Assembly: GCA_052325545.1 (NCBI GenBank)
Contig: JBKQUP010000034.1
Location: forward strand, 33,450-97,449
Reading direction: 5' to 3'
DNA length: 64,000 nucleotides
From: Thermoplasmata archaeon
GTDB taxonomy: Archaea > Thermoplasmatota > Thermoplasmata > Lutacidiplasmatales > UBA184
Positions 1 through 9,530 of the stretch are shown here, in pieces. Made by a program: the position numbers and the translations under genes. Each line of letters opens with the position of its first letter. Position 1 is the stretch's first letter. The notes beneath the pieces were generated by a model that worked only from the letters and a program-made list of their open reading frames with translations, had not been told where the DNA came from and ran no database searches.

Positions 1-1
1 G

Positions 2-283
2 ATCGACGTGCGGCGGAAGCCGATGAAGTCGCGCTGGAAGATCACCTACCTCCCTCCCGAGCGAGCGCGCTGGGAGCTCCTCGAGAGCGAGGGACCCTGG
101 ACGGTGGGAACCTACCTGGACGTCCGCTACGAGGAGGTTCCCGGGGGGACCCGTGTCCTCGCCCGAGGAGAGCTTTCGATCAGCGTCCTACCGTTCTTCC
201 TTTCCCAGAAGCGGACGGTCACGCGGGTCCTGAACGACATCAGTATCGAGGACCAATCGTTCCTCAACCGCTACCGCTTTTAG
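2..283 (+). CDS. Hypothetical protein, possibly SRPBCC/polyketide cyclase-like; 5' end outside window
   Basis: Frame open from window edge (IDVRRKPMKSRWKITY...); beta-rich segment followed by a C-terminal helix. Confidence 0.5.
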   Translation: MDVRRKPMKSRWKITYLPPERARWELLESEGPWTVGTYLDVRYEEVPGGTRVLARGELSISVLPFFLSQKRTVTRVLNDISIEDQSFLNRYRF

Positions 284-335
284 CGGCGTCCGCGAGGGGC
301 GCCTTTAGATAGAACGAGCGATGGCCCCGAACGCT

Positions 336-409
336 GCGGGCATAGTGTAGTCTGGTTATCACATAGGCTTGCCAAGCCTATAACTCGGGTTCAAATCCCG
401 GTGCCCGCA
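336..409 (+). tRNA. tRNA-Gly(GCC)
   Basis: Acceptor GCGGGCA/TGCCCGC, anticodon arm TAGGC-TTGCCAA-GCCTA, T-loop TTCAAAT; TATA-like TTTAGATA at 304-311. Confidence 0.97.
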
Positions 410-460
410 CTTCCCTTCCCGGCGCACGAACTCCTCGTCCGGGGGATTCGCGAGGCAACC

Positions 461-1150
461 TCACGCACTCTTTACGATGGGTCGAGCGACCCCGGTAGAC
501 GTCGAGGCGAAGTGGGGCAGGGAGACGAGTCCTACGAAGATGAAGATGATCCCGATGAACTCGGAGTAGTACAGCGCGACGGGGAAGGATGCGATGTAGA
601 GCGCCCCTCCACCAGCGAGAACGCAGGCCCCCACCCCCATCATGAGCGTGCGCCACTGCCACGATCGGCGCAGGGCGAGCACGACCGCGCCCAGGAGCAC
701 GAACGTCGCCGGAACGGTGACGAGGGACGAGACCACGATCAGGTCCGTAGGGGGATTCCCCGAGATCACCCCTTGCGACACCATCCCGCTCGACAGGGGG
801 GTGGCGAAGCTGAGCCCCGCGACGAGGGCGCACATTCCCAGCGTGTACACGGTGTACACGGACCGGAACCGTTCGCTCCGGATGGCACGGGTGGACCCCA
901 GCGAGAGCACTCCCACGATCGCGGCCGAGAGGAAGACGTATGTCTGGAGAAGGAGGCCGTTAACGAACCCGGCGTACACGACCAGCTCCACCGCCGTGGC
1001 GAGCGAGGCGAGCCCGAGCCCGACGCCCCACATCAGCTGAGCTCGGGACCGGGCCCGGAGGGAGCGGAGGAGACCGCGCGCCGACAGCCCTCCGAGGATC
1101 GCCGTGAGGGCCGCCAGCGATAACGGAACTACGAGCGAGACCGTCTCCAT
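461..1150 (-). CDS. Multi-pass (~7 TM) membrane protein of unknown function
   Basis: Hydrophobic ORF; ATG at 1150 (METVSLVV) preceded by GGAGAGGAGG; directly downstream of 1179-2822. Confidence 0.8.
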   Translation of the reverse strand: METVSLVVPLSLAALTAILGGLSARGLLRSLRARSRAQLMWGVGLGLASLATAVELVVYAGFVNGLLLQTYVFLSAAIVGVLSLGSTRAIRSERFRSVYTVYTLGMCALVAGLSFATPLSSGMVSQGVISGNPPTDLIVVSSLVTVPATFVLLGAVVLALRRSWQWRTLMMGVGACVLAGGGALYIASFPVALYYSEFIGIIFIFVGLVSLPHFASTSTGVARPIVKSA

Positions 1151-1178
1151 CCTCCTCTCCGAGTTCCGCGGGCCCTGG

Positions 1179-2822
1179 CTATGGGGTCGTCTTGCCAACC
1201 TCGGGCGTCGCTTTGGGCTTGGTGTTGCCGCCGCGCCGTACGGGCGGGACGGACTCACCGTCCGAGAACCTCTCGGGCACTCCGAGGATCACGGCCACCA
1301 TCGCCGCGAGGATGAACACCCCCATCAGCACGAAACCGACGTTGAACAACCAGTACGCCCAGGTCCCCTGCTGCCAGTTGAGGAAGATGTAGTAGTACCC
1401 CCCGAGCAGCGCGAGCAAGATCGACAGGATTGCGAGCCCGGCGATCGGTGTCCGGATGCGCCGTTGGTCCACGTAAAAGTCCACGGCGAGGAGGGCCATG
1501 CAGACGGCAGGAATCCCGATGAGGGCGAAGTACTGCAGGGCCCCGAACGTGAGGTCCTGCGGAGCGCCCGAAAGGGCCGACTCATGGAACTCGATGTAGA
1601 ACCCCTCGATCGGTGTCGCGATGAACGTGAAGATCCACGTGACGAGGATCGACGCCCGCACGGGGTCCCGCCACGTCGGGGTTCCGCGCGCCTTCACGAA
1701 CAAGAGGGGAACGAGAACGATCATCGCCCCGACCGCGGCCCACAACATCGTGGTGTCGTCGCTCGCCATACCGTTCGGGGCGGTGTACGAGTAGAGCTGG
1801 ATCGGCCCTCCGGGGTTGCTCGCGAACAGGGCCGGAGGGACTCCGTTCGGGAAAACGGTCGTGTACGCCTCCAGGAAGAACATGATGCTGAGAGCGATCA
1901 CGCCCGTGATGGCGACCCAGAGCCCCACCACGGTGACGGTCCGCTTCCAACCGGTGAGGTGCAGGACCTCGAACCGCTGGACGGTGACGGCCACGATGCC
2001 GAGGATCAGGCACATCACGATCGCGTGGGAGTGGGACCCCATCGCCGTTCCAAGGACGGCCGAGGGCCCGCCGAGCCAGTTGATGTACCCGCCGAGCAAC
2101 CCCGGGGACTGGCCGATATCGATCACGAAGTAGTTCATCCAAAACACGACGAACCCGGTGATCCCCGCGATGAACGCCCCGATCACCGTCACGAACGTGA
2201 GCCAGTACGCCGAGTCCATCTTGCGGAACTGCTTCCACGAGGGGAGGCTCGACCATCGCGGAATCATCCCGAGCCGGTTCGTGTCCGAGTCGTACGTCCC
2301 CTCCATCTTCGCGGGAAGGAGGTAGAGCTCGACGAGCAGGGCACCGCCCACATCGGCGAGAAGGATGAGGCCCAGGAGGATGAGGCCGAGCGGGATCGGA
2401 GCGAGCTCTTGGTTGAACACCGGCCGCAGGTAGAAGAACGCGCCAATCGCGGCGATCACGTTCGCGACGAGCGCGCGGTACGAGAGGGGGAAGTCGATGG
2501 GGGGCTCGTACTTGTCGAGGTCGAACGCCATGAAGACCAAGTAGACCCCGAGCGCCGCAAACCCGATCGCGATCGAATGGAAGTAGAGGTCGGAGGCGCC
2601 GAACGAGAACGCGGGAGGGATCGATCCCTGGGCATCCGGCGAAAGTCCCAGGACGAAGTAGAGAAGGGACATCACTCCGATGATGAGCAGAGTGATCCAG
2701 ACGTAGGTCTTCTGAGGGTGGAGGTACCCTCGCTTGGTCATCAGATACCGGCTCGCCGGCTTCAGCTTCGGTTCGGTCGGCGCCGGGTCCTGCACGGGTG
2801 CGGCTCCGCTCGCCTCTGTCAT
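1179..2822 (-). CDS. Large polytopic membrane protein with intramembrane His motifs, function unknown
   Basis: 547 aa with many hydrophobic helices; LYFHSIA, GSHSH and IEFHE motifs. Confidence 0.85.
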   Translation of the reverse strand: MTEASGAAPVQDPAPTEPKLKPASRYLMTKRGYLHPQKTYVWITLLIIGVMSLLYFVLGLSPDAQGSIPPAFSFGASDLYFHSIAIGFAALGVYLVFMAFDLDKYEPPIDFPLSYRALVANVIAAIGAFFYLRPVFNQELAPIPLGLILLGLILLADVGGALLVELYLLPAKMEGTYDSDTNRLGMIPRWSSLPSWKQFRKMDSAYWLTFVTVIGAFIAGITGFVVFWMNYFVIDIGQSPGLLGGYINWLGGPSAVLGTAMGSHSHAIVMCLILGIVAVTVQRFEVLHLTGWKRTVTVVGLWVAITGVIALSIMFFLEAYTTVFPNGVPPALFASNPGGPIQLYSYTAPNGMASDDTTMLWAAVGAMIVLVPLLFVKARGTPTWRDPVRASILVTWIFTFIATPIEGFYIEFHESALSGAPQDLTFGALQYFALIGIPAVCMALLAVDFYVDQRRIRTPIAGLAILSILLALLGGYYYIFLNWQQGTWAYWLFNVGFVLMGVFILAAMVAVILGVPERFSDGESVPPVRRGGNTKPKATPEVGKTTP

Positions 2823-3016
2823 CGGTTGCCTTAGGTCCGGAGAACGGGGGAGCTCGGTCTCGCGTAGGCCACACGGATTGGGCGTCGCGCCGCCCCGGAA
2901 CCGATGGGTGGATGCCGAAGACGCCCTGAATCGCCGATGCTCACTAGCCCCGACCCTGCTACACCGACACAGGGGGGGTCAAAAGTCGCTCCGTAAAATC
3001 GGCTCGACGGTTCGGG

Positions 3017-3032
3017 GTGAACTTCGGTTCAC
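3017..3032. promoter_or_regulatory. Perfect inverted repeat GTGAAC-TTCG-GTTCAC in a divergent intergenic region
   Basis: 6-bp arms with a TTCG spacer, between the membrane-protein gene and cyoE. Confidence 0.3.
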
Positions 3033-3101
3033 GAGTCATTCTTGACGGGGAGGCCCGACCTGCCTCCCAGCTCGGAGGGGACGCGAGCGTCGGACGGAAC
3101 G

Positions 3102-4052
3102 ATGGGGTTCATCGACGAACCGACCCAGTGGCCTGCCCCGGGCGAGGTGGCCCGGTCGCGGGCGCACCCCGTTCAGCCCTGGTGGGACACGCTGTTGGCG
3201 TACGGTCAGCTCCTGAAGCCGAGGATGGTCGCCCTTCTCGTCTTCACCGCGGTCGTCGGAATGGTCGTAGCCGCGGCCTCCTTCGGGATGGGCCTGAGCC
3301 CGACCACGTACCTCGTGGGTATCATCGCCATCACTGCCGGGACGTCCGGCTGCAACGCCCTGACCGGATACATCGACCGGGACATCGACCGGCTGATGGG
3401 CCGTACGCGGGAGCGACCGTTGTGCACCGGGCGGATCTCCCCCGCCTACCGAGCGGTTGTTCTGGGGGCGGCGCTGCTCGGGGTTGCTCTGGTCCTCTCG
3501 GGACTTCGCAACCCTCTCGCTCTCGCGTTCATGTCCGTCGGAATCCTGGACAACGTGGTCGTCTACAGCCTGTGGCTCAAGCGGACCACCCGATGGAACA
3601 TCGTCCTGGGCGGGATCTCGGGAGGAATGCCCGTAGCGTTCGGCTGGGCGTTCGTGACCGGGTCAATCGGACTCGCCGCGATCCTCCTCGCGGCGCTCGT
3701 CGTCCTCTGGACCCCGACCCACATCTGGAGCCTCGCGCTCCGGTACCGGGACGACTACGCCCGCGCCGGCGTGCCCATGCTTCCCGTCGTGACGAGCGAG
3801 AAGACCGCGCTTCGTTGCATGGTCGTCACCGGCGCACTTCTCGTTCCGTTCAGCCTCGCGCTGCCGTGGACCACCCCGGTCGCGGGCCTCGGGTACGTGG
3901 TCGTCTCGGCCGTCTTCGGAGTGCCGCTTGTCGGCATGAGCATCTGGCTATGGCTCCGCCCGACCCCGTCCGGGGCGTGGACCCTCTTCAAGTTCTCCAG
4001 TCCGTATCTCGCGGTCGTGTTCCTCGCGCTACTGGTGAGCGCTCTTTGGTGA
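3102..4052 (+). CDS. cyoE: Protoheme IX farnesyltransferase (heme O synthase), UbiA family
   Basis: LLKPRMVALLV, YIDRDIDRLMGRTRERPL, LWTPTHIWSLAL and YRDDYARAGVPMLPVV motifs; start could be 3042. Confidence 0.95.
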   Translation: MGFIDEPTQWPAPGEVARSRAHPVQPWWDTLLAYGQLLKPRMVALLVFTAVVGMVVAAASFGMGLSPTTYLVGIIAITAGTSGCNALTGYIDRDIDRLMGRTRERPLCTGRISPAYRAVVLGAALLGVALVLSGLRNPLALAFMSVGILDNVVVYSLWLKRTTRWNIVLGGISGGMPVAFGWAFVTGSIGLAAILLAALVVLWTPTHIWSLALRYRDDYARAGVPMLPVVTSEKTALRCMVVTGALLVPFSLALPWTTPVAGLGYVVVSAVFGVPLVGMSIWLWLRPTPSGAWTLFKFSSPYLAVVFLALLVSALW

Positions 4053-4315
4053 CCGGGGTCTATCCCAGGCCCTTCCTCCGACGGCGTGGGAGGCTCCCGG
4101 CGTACGAGGACCCCCGCCACGGTCTTCGTCTCATCCGTCGACCCCCCGCTGTCGGGGCCGTTCGAGCGACCCTGAGCAACACCATCGAGGACGGAAGGAC
4201 AGCGCTTTCCTCGGGGGACGATCGGGGTCGCGCGCGAAGATGAGAACACCGATGCGCCGAGCAGCGAGTGCGGTTCCACGATCGCCTCGGGACTCGGGGG
4301 CCGTGGACCCACCGC

Positions 4316-4819
4316 TCACTCGGACAGATCAGGAAGGTATGTTTCCGATGCGAACCCGGGGACCTCTCCTCCCTTCCATGCGGAGCGCGGCCAACCGGGA
4401 TCCGGTCCCGCCGCAACCCGGATCGCGAGGCGGGAGAGTTCGGAGATCCACGGAGCCTCGAGGGCTTCGGCGATCGGCACCTCCCGGACCTCCGCGATCT
4501 CGGGCGGGTGGGCGCTCGGCTCTCCCGCGACGTGCTCGAGGGCGAATGCAAAGTAGACATCGCTCTCGACCTCCCGGACCACCTTGTGTCGGGTGAGGAG
4601 GAGACGCCCGCCCCGGACCGTCACCCCGGTTTCCTCCTCGAACTCTCGAACTAACGCTTCCTCGAGGCTCTCGCCGGGTTCGACGTACCCACTCGGGATC
4701 GTGAACCGGGTCCGGTAGACCGCCCGGTTGACGAGAACCCGCCCATGGCGGATCAGGGTCCCACCCACCCCGACCCGGGTGTGCGGAGGAGGGAGCGGAG
4801 GGAACGTCGCGCCGGACAC
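4316..4819 (-). CDS. NUDIX hydrolase
   Basis: Nudix box GYVEPGESLEEALVREFEEETGV. Confidence 0.9.
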   Translation of the reverse strand: MSGATFPPLPPPHTRVGVGGTLIRHGRVLVNRAVYRTRFTIPSGYVEPGESLEEALVREFEEETGVTVRGGRLLLTRHKVVREVESDVYFAFALEHVAGEPSAHPPEIAEVREVPIAEALEAPWISELSRLAIRVAAGPDPGWPRSAWKGGEVPGFASETYLPDLSE

Positions 4820-4837
4820 CGGTTCTCGGGGGGCGCG

Positions 4838-6463
4838 TCAGGCGTCCGCGAGCAACGAGTCGAGGAACCCGATCGGCGGCGCGCCGAAACCCAGCAGCGA
4901 GTCGTGGAACGCCTTCGTGGAGCCGTGGAACTTCGTCACGAGGTGTTTCGACCGTGCGTCGAGGATGGCGAGTTTGCCGAGCGTGTAGCAGAAGTACTCC
5001 GGGTTGTAGGTGCCGCGGACCGCCTCCCGCTGCGCGTGGACGTCCTCGAGGTGCGCCTCGGTGCGGAGCAACCGGGCCGCGTCGGCGACCGACATCCCTT
5101 GGGTGTGCATCCCGATCGATACGATGAGCCGACAGTCCCTAAGCAGCGCGTCGTGCAGTTGGGTCACCTCGGCCGAGGTCGACCGTCCATCGAACCCGGC
5201 CTCGAGCGCGGCCTGCTCGCAGTAGTGCGCCCAGCCCTCGATGAACGAGTACGAGAACCAGGTCTGTCGGGCGAGGGTTTGGCGGGTCATCCGGAAGTGA
5301 AGGGACTGCAGATAGTGCCCCGGCCAGACCTCGTGGACGGTCGTGTTCTTCAGCATCGCGTGGTTCAGGGTCCGCATCCATTCCTCGGCCTGCGCGGGGG
5401 TCCACGCCGGGTCCACTCCCGTCACCCAATAGATCCCGTCCACGGGCTTCTCGAACGGGCCGGGCGGGCTCATCGCGGCGGTCCACAGGTCCCGGGCCCA
5501 GGGCGGTGTCTCGCGGACGTGGACGACCTCGGGCTGGGGGACGGTGGCGACCCCCTGGGTGCGGACGAACTCCCGGATCTCGTCGGTGAGGCGGCGGGCG
5601 AGCGGTAGCAGCTCCTCCGGCGAAGGGTGGTTCTCGTAGAGCCGGGCGATGAGCTGGTCGACCGACAGCCGCTCGCGGCGCGCGATCTCCGTCAGGCGGT
5701 CCCGGTTGCGCTTCAGGTCGTCATGCCCGCGCCGCAGCACCTCCTCGACCGGTAGGCGGAGACCCTCGCGGACCCAGAGGAGGCGCTGGAACCGCTCGCG
5801 GCCGAGCGCGAAATCGTCCGTGGCCCGGGGCAACCGTTGGGTTTGCAGCCATTCGGCGAACGACCGGACCGCGCCGTCGGCGCCCTCCCGCGCCTTCCGC
5901 ACTTCGTCCCGGAGCGACACGGAGCCGGTCGCTGCGAACGACTCGCCCTCCTCGAAGTGGGAGGGTAACCCGGCGGCGATCTGGATGGAGAGGGTGACGA
6001 ACGGGCGCGGGAGGACCGGTTCGAGCCGGTGCTTCGCGGCATCGAGCAGGGACGGGACCGAGGTCAGTACCCGCACGATTGCCGCCACGCGGTCGGCGAC
6101 GGGCGCGTAGTCCCGGGAGATGTAGTTCGTGAGGTCCGGCTGGAACAGGTAGCTCATCGGGTTCCGGTCGAGCTCGCGCGTCTCGTCCAAGTCGAAGAGG
6201 GTCCCTTCGAGGGAGAGTTGTAGGAGGTTCCGGTCGTGCCGGCGGGCGGCGGTGAGGTCGGACTCGGGGACCTCGGCCAGCCGGCGCAGGAGCTCCTTCG
6301 CGGTCGTCCTCCACCGGTTGGTGCTATCGACGGAAAGGTCGGGGAGGAGACCGTCGTACTCGTGGAGCCCCAGGTAGGACGCCAGGGTAGGTCGGGCTAC
6401 GAACAGATGGGCGACGGTCTCTTTCTCGAGGAGCGACAGCCGGTCGGTGGACTCCGCGGCCAT
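4838..6463 (-). CDS. DUF885 family protein
   Basis: HEVWPGHYLQ, FIEGWAHYCE and YTLGKLAI motifs; ATG at 6463. Confidence 0.9.
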   Translation of the reverse strand: MAAESTDRLSLLEKETVAHLFVARPTLASYLGLHEYDGLLPDLSVDSTNRWRTTAKELLRRLAEVPESDLTAARRHDRNLLQLSLEGTLFDLDETRELDRNPMSYLFQPDLTNYISRDYAPVADRVAAIVRVLTSVPSLLDAAKHRLEPVLPRPFVTLSIQIAAGLPSHFEEGESFAATGSVSLRDEVRKAREGADGAVRSFAEWLQTQRLPRATDDFALGRERFQRLLWVREGLRLPVEEVLRRGHDDLKRNRDRLTEIARRERLSVDQLIARLYENHPSPEELLPLARRLTDEIREFVRTQGVATVPQPEVVHVRETPPWARDLWTAAMSPPGPFEKPVDGIYWVTGVDPAWTPAQAEEWMRTLNHAMLKNTTVHEVWPGHYLQSLHFRMTRQTLARQTWFSYSFIEGWAHYCEQAALEAGFDGRSTSAEVTQLHDALLRDCRLIVSIGMHTQGMSVADAARLLRTEAHLEDVHAQREAVRGTYNPEYFCYTLGKLAILDARSKHLVTKFHGSTKAFHDSLLGFGAPPIGFLDSLLADA

Positions 6464-6599
6464 GGGTACGGTCCGTTGCACCGACCCCGCAGATAGGGCT
6501 TGCGGCAATCGCGCGCACGGTTCCGGGCGACCGAGCCGTTGCTCCGGTCTCCCGGTACGGCGTCCCTCGAGGGCCCTCTCGTGAATTCGGGGAACGAGC

Positions 6600-7718
6600 C
6601 TAGGCCGGCCAGGGGGCGACGAGGGACCGGTCGACCTCCGCAAGAGCGCTCCGGCCGGTGAGCACCATCGCCGACGCGAGGTCGGAGGTGAGGAGCGAGA
6701 GGTAGCGGGCCACTCCGGACTCGCCATCGGCGGCGAGCGCCCACAAGAGCGGGCGCCCGACCCCCACGGCCCGCGCCCCGAGCGCGAGCGCAATCAGTAC
6801 GTCGCTCCCGCGGCGGACCCCGCCGTCGAGGTAGACCTCGGCCCGGTCACCGACCGCGGCGACGACTTCGGGGAGCATGGCCAGGGAGGCAGGAGCGCGG
6901 TGGAGCTGCCGGCCTCCGTGGTTCGAGACGATGACCGCTCGGGCCCCGTGCTCGACCGATGACCGAGCGTCGGCCGCCGAGAGCACGCCCTTCACGACGA
7001 TGGGCAGGCGGGTCGCCTCTCGAAGGCGGTCGATGACCTCCCAGCTCTCGCCCGAATCCCTCCCCACGGAGTAAGTCTCGCCCACCGGCTCGGGTCCCCG
7101 GGACGGGGGGACGACCCCCGGCCCACTTCCGAGCGGGATGGACGAATCGATCGCGAACCCGGTCCGAAGCTGGCCGTCGCGCACCCCCAGCACTGGGGTG
7201 TCGGCGGTGAGGACCACGGCCGAGAACCCCGCCCGCTCGACCCGCTGAACGAGGCGTTCGGTCGCCTTCCACTCGGGCTGGAGGTAGAGTTGGAACCAGC
7301 GGGGTCCGCGGGGGCGAGCGCTCGCGATCTTCTCGAGCGACCACGAGGAGAGCGTGCTGAACATCGCGAGGAGGCCGGCTCGACCGGCCGCGCGGGCGAT
7401 CCCACCCTCCCCGTCGGGATGGACCAGACCCTGGTAGGCGGTCGGGGCGACGTAGACCGGCGCGCGGACCGCTTCGCCGAGGAGGTGGGTCCTTAGGTCG
7501 ACCTCGCGGACGCCGGAAAGGATGCGCGGTTTCACCACCCAACGGTCGAACGCCTGCTGGTTCGCACGGTCGGTCCAGCCCGTGGCCGCGGTGGCCTCGA
7601 TGTACGACCAGATCTTCGGCGTGACCTTCCGGGCCCCCGCCTCCTCCACTTCGCTCAGCGAGGCGAATCCGACCTTCGACCGCTTTGCCACGACCCCGGG
7701 CACCCCCCCGGCCGACAC
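6600..7718 (-). CDS. FMN-dependent alpha-hydroxy acid oxidase/dehydrogenase
   Basis: WFQLY, VVKGV, SNHGGRQL and DGGVRRGSDV motifs; start uncertain. Confidence 0.95.
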   Translation of the reverse strand: MSAGGVPGVVAKRSKVGFASLSEVEEAGARKVTPKIWSYIEATAATGWTDRANQQAFDRWVVKPRILSGVREVDLRTHLLGEAVRAPVYVAPTAYQGLVHPDGEGGIARAAGRAGLLAMFSTLSSWSLEKIASARPRGPRWFQLYLQPEWKATERLVQRVERAGFSAVVLTADTPVLGVRDGQLRTGFAIDSSIPLGSGPGVVPPSRGPEPVGETYSVGRDSGESWEVIDRLREATRLPIVVKGVLSAADARSSVEHGARAVIVSNHGGRQLHRAPASLAMLPEVVAAVGDRAEVYLDGGVRRGSDVLIALALGARAVGVGRPLLWALAADGESGVARYLSLLTSDLASAMVLTGRSALAEVDRSLVAPWPA

Positions 7719-7857
7719 GGTCGGGGGGTTAAAGTTCGGTCTCCTCGCCCCTGCGCGGCGCGCCCCGCAAGGAGGGGGTATATGGTGGTTTTCCCCGCGG
7801 GTCGCTCATCGGACCCGGCAACGTGACGCTTTTGTGAGGGAGGTGGTACGTGTTCGC

Positions 7858-8730
7858 ATGGCTCGCGTGAGGCGCGTGACCGTATCGGGACACCGGTCGT
7901 TCGAGTACGTCTCCCAAGGAGAGGGCCCGGCAACCCTCCTCGTCCACCCGGGCGGTCCGGGCTGGACGTATCACTACCTTCGGGGACTCCTCCGCCTCTC
8001 GAACGCGAACCTCCGGGTCGTCCTCTTCAACCCGCGCGGGGTCGGTCACAGCTGGGCCCCGAAGCGTCCGGCCGATTACACGATCGCCAACATGGCCGAG
8101 GACGTGGAGGCGATACGACGCGCCCTCAAGATCACCGAGCTCCATCTTCTCGGGTACTCGACCGGCGGATTCGTGGCGCTCGAGTACGCCCACCGGTACG
8201 AGACCCCGCTCACGTCGCTCCTCCTCTGTGCGACCGCCGGCAGCGAAGAGGAGATCCACGCCGCGTTCCGGTTGATGCTCGGCTGCGCCAGCCCCCACCA
8301 GCGCCACCGCCTGAGGGACCTTGCCAAGGCGAAGGCGTTCGACACCACGGAGTACAAGCAGCTCGCGGAGGCGGTCTACCAACCGTTCCAGACCCGATTC
8401 GTGCGGGAGACCTCCAAGGACTGGAAGGCGACCAAGGTGAGCGAGCGGGTGTACCGGGCGATGCTGACCCGGACCGGGAACGAGTTCATGTGTGACGGCA
8501 CGATCGCGGGTTGGGACGGCCGGAAGTACTACTCCAAGATCGAGGTCCCCACGGTCGTCGTCGCGGGTCGGTACGACTACTTCCTCGGACCGTCGGTCGA
8601 GATGGCGGACCGGATCGAGCCCGCGCACCTGCGGGTGCTCGCGCGGAGCAGTCACATGGCGATCCTCGAACAGCCCAAGGAGTTCCTCGGAACGATCCGG
8701 GAGTTCCTGAGCGACGTCACGGGCGGATAG
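7858..8730 (+). CDS. Alpha/beta hydrolase, proline iminopeptidase-like
   Basis: HPGGPG, GYSTGG nucleophile elbow, GRYD, SSHM; GGAGGTG RBS. Confidence 0.85.
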   Translation: MARVRRVTVSGHRSFEYVSQGEGPATLLVHPGGPGWTYHYLRGLLRLSNANLRVVLFNPRGVGHSWAPKRPADYTIANMAEDVEAIRRALKITELHLLGYSTGGFVALEYAHRYETPLTSLLLCATAGSEEEIHAAFRLMLGCASPHQRHRLRDLAKAKAFDTTEYKQLAEAVYQPFQTRFVRETSKDWKATKVSERVYRAMLTRTGNEFMCDGTIAGWDGRKYYSKIEVPTVVVAGRYDYFLGPSVEMADRIEPAHLRVLARSSHMAILEQPKEFLGTIREFLSDVTGG

Positions 8731-8793
8731 ACCCGCGGACGGGGCCGATAGAGGTAAACCCGCGCGGGGTCACAGGGTGCCGGCAGGCACCCG

Positions 8794-9519
8794 ATGACCC
8801 CCGACCATTCCCAAGGCAGCGGACCGGCTCCCGAGACTCCCCCGGTCCGGCTCAAGGTCACGCCCGAGGCTCGCGAGGCATTGGCCGCGGCGCTCGTCGG
8901 CCGTCCGTCGGGCTCGGGCATCCGGCTCTGGGTCGAGCGCGGCATGCGACCCCACGCCCAGATGATGATCGACCACGCGTCCGTTCGGGACGTGCCGGTC
9001 ACGATCGACGGGCTGCCGCTCCTCCTGGATGAGAGCAGCTTGAAGTTCCTCCTGGACGCCGAGGTCCGCTACCACTCCGACCCGGCTCGCGCGGGGTTCG
9101 AGGTCGTCGGCCCGTTCCTTCCCTCGGCCACACCCCCGGCCTCGGCCGCGTCGCCGTCGGTCCCAGCTCCTTCGGCGGCCTCCGCCGCCCCGGGGTCGGG
9201 CAAGGCTCCGGCCCGCCCCGAGCTCGAGCAGAAGGTGCACGACGCGCTCCGCAACATCTACGACCCCGAGATCCCGATGAACATCATCGACCTCGGGCTC
9301 ATCTACGGCATGGACTGGGACGATTCCGGCGGCCTCACCATCCGCATGACGATGACGAGCGCCGGGTGCCCCGCGATCGAGGAGCTCACTCAAGAGGTGG
9401 CGAAGACCGCCCGCAGCGCGAGCGGCGTCGACAAGGTCCAAGTCGAGGTCGTCTGGGAACCGCCCTGGGGACCGGACCGGATGACGGACTTCGCCCGGCG
9501 CCAGTTCGGCTACGAGTAG
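8794..9519 (+). CDS. Fe-S assembly protein: Cys-free HesB/IscA-like domain fused to DUF59 (SufT/MIP18)
   Basis: C-terminal IYDPEIPMNIIDLGLIY, MTMTSAGCP and VWEPPWGPDRM; N-terminal LKVTPEAREAL...GIRLWV...DGLPLLLDESSLKFL. Confidence 0.85.
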   Translation: MTPDHSQGSGPAPETPPVRLKVTPEAREALAAALVGRPSGSGIRLWVERGMRPHAQMMIDHASVRDVPVTIDGLPLLLDESSLKFLLDAEVRYHSDPARAGFEVVGPFLPSATPPASAASPSVPAPSAASAAPGSGKAPARPELEQKVHDALRNIYDPEIPMNIIDLGLIYGMDWDDSGGLTIRMTMTSAGCPAIEELTQEVAKTARSASGVDKVQVEVVWEPPWGPDRMTDFARRQFGYE

Positions 9520-9530
9520 GCACCGAACGG

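Noticed and set aside
1179-2822. Canonical cytochrome oxidase subunit I or heme A synthase
   Set aside because: Lacks the HPxxY and HH copper ligands and the CtaA EWxHR motif
4053-4315. RNase P or SRP RNA (GAGGAAAG on minus strand, CCAGGCCC on plus)
   Set aside because: The matching P4 3' strand and the SRP helix-8 tetraloop motif are missing
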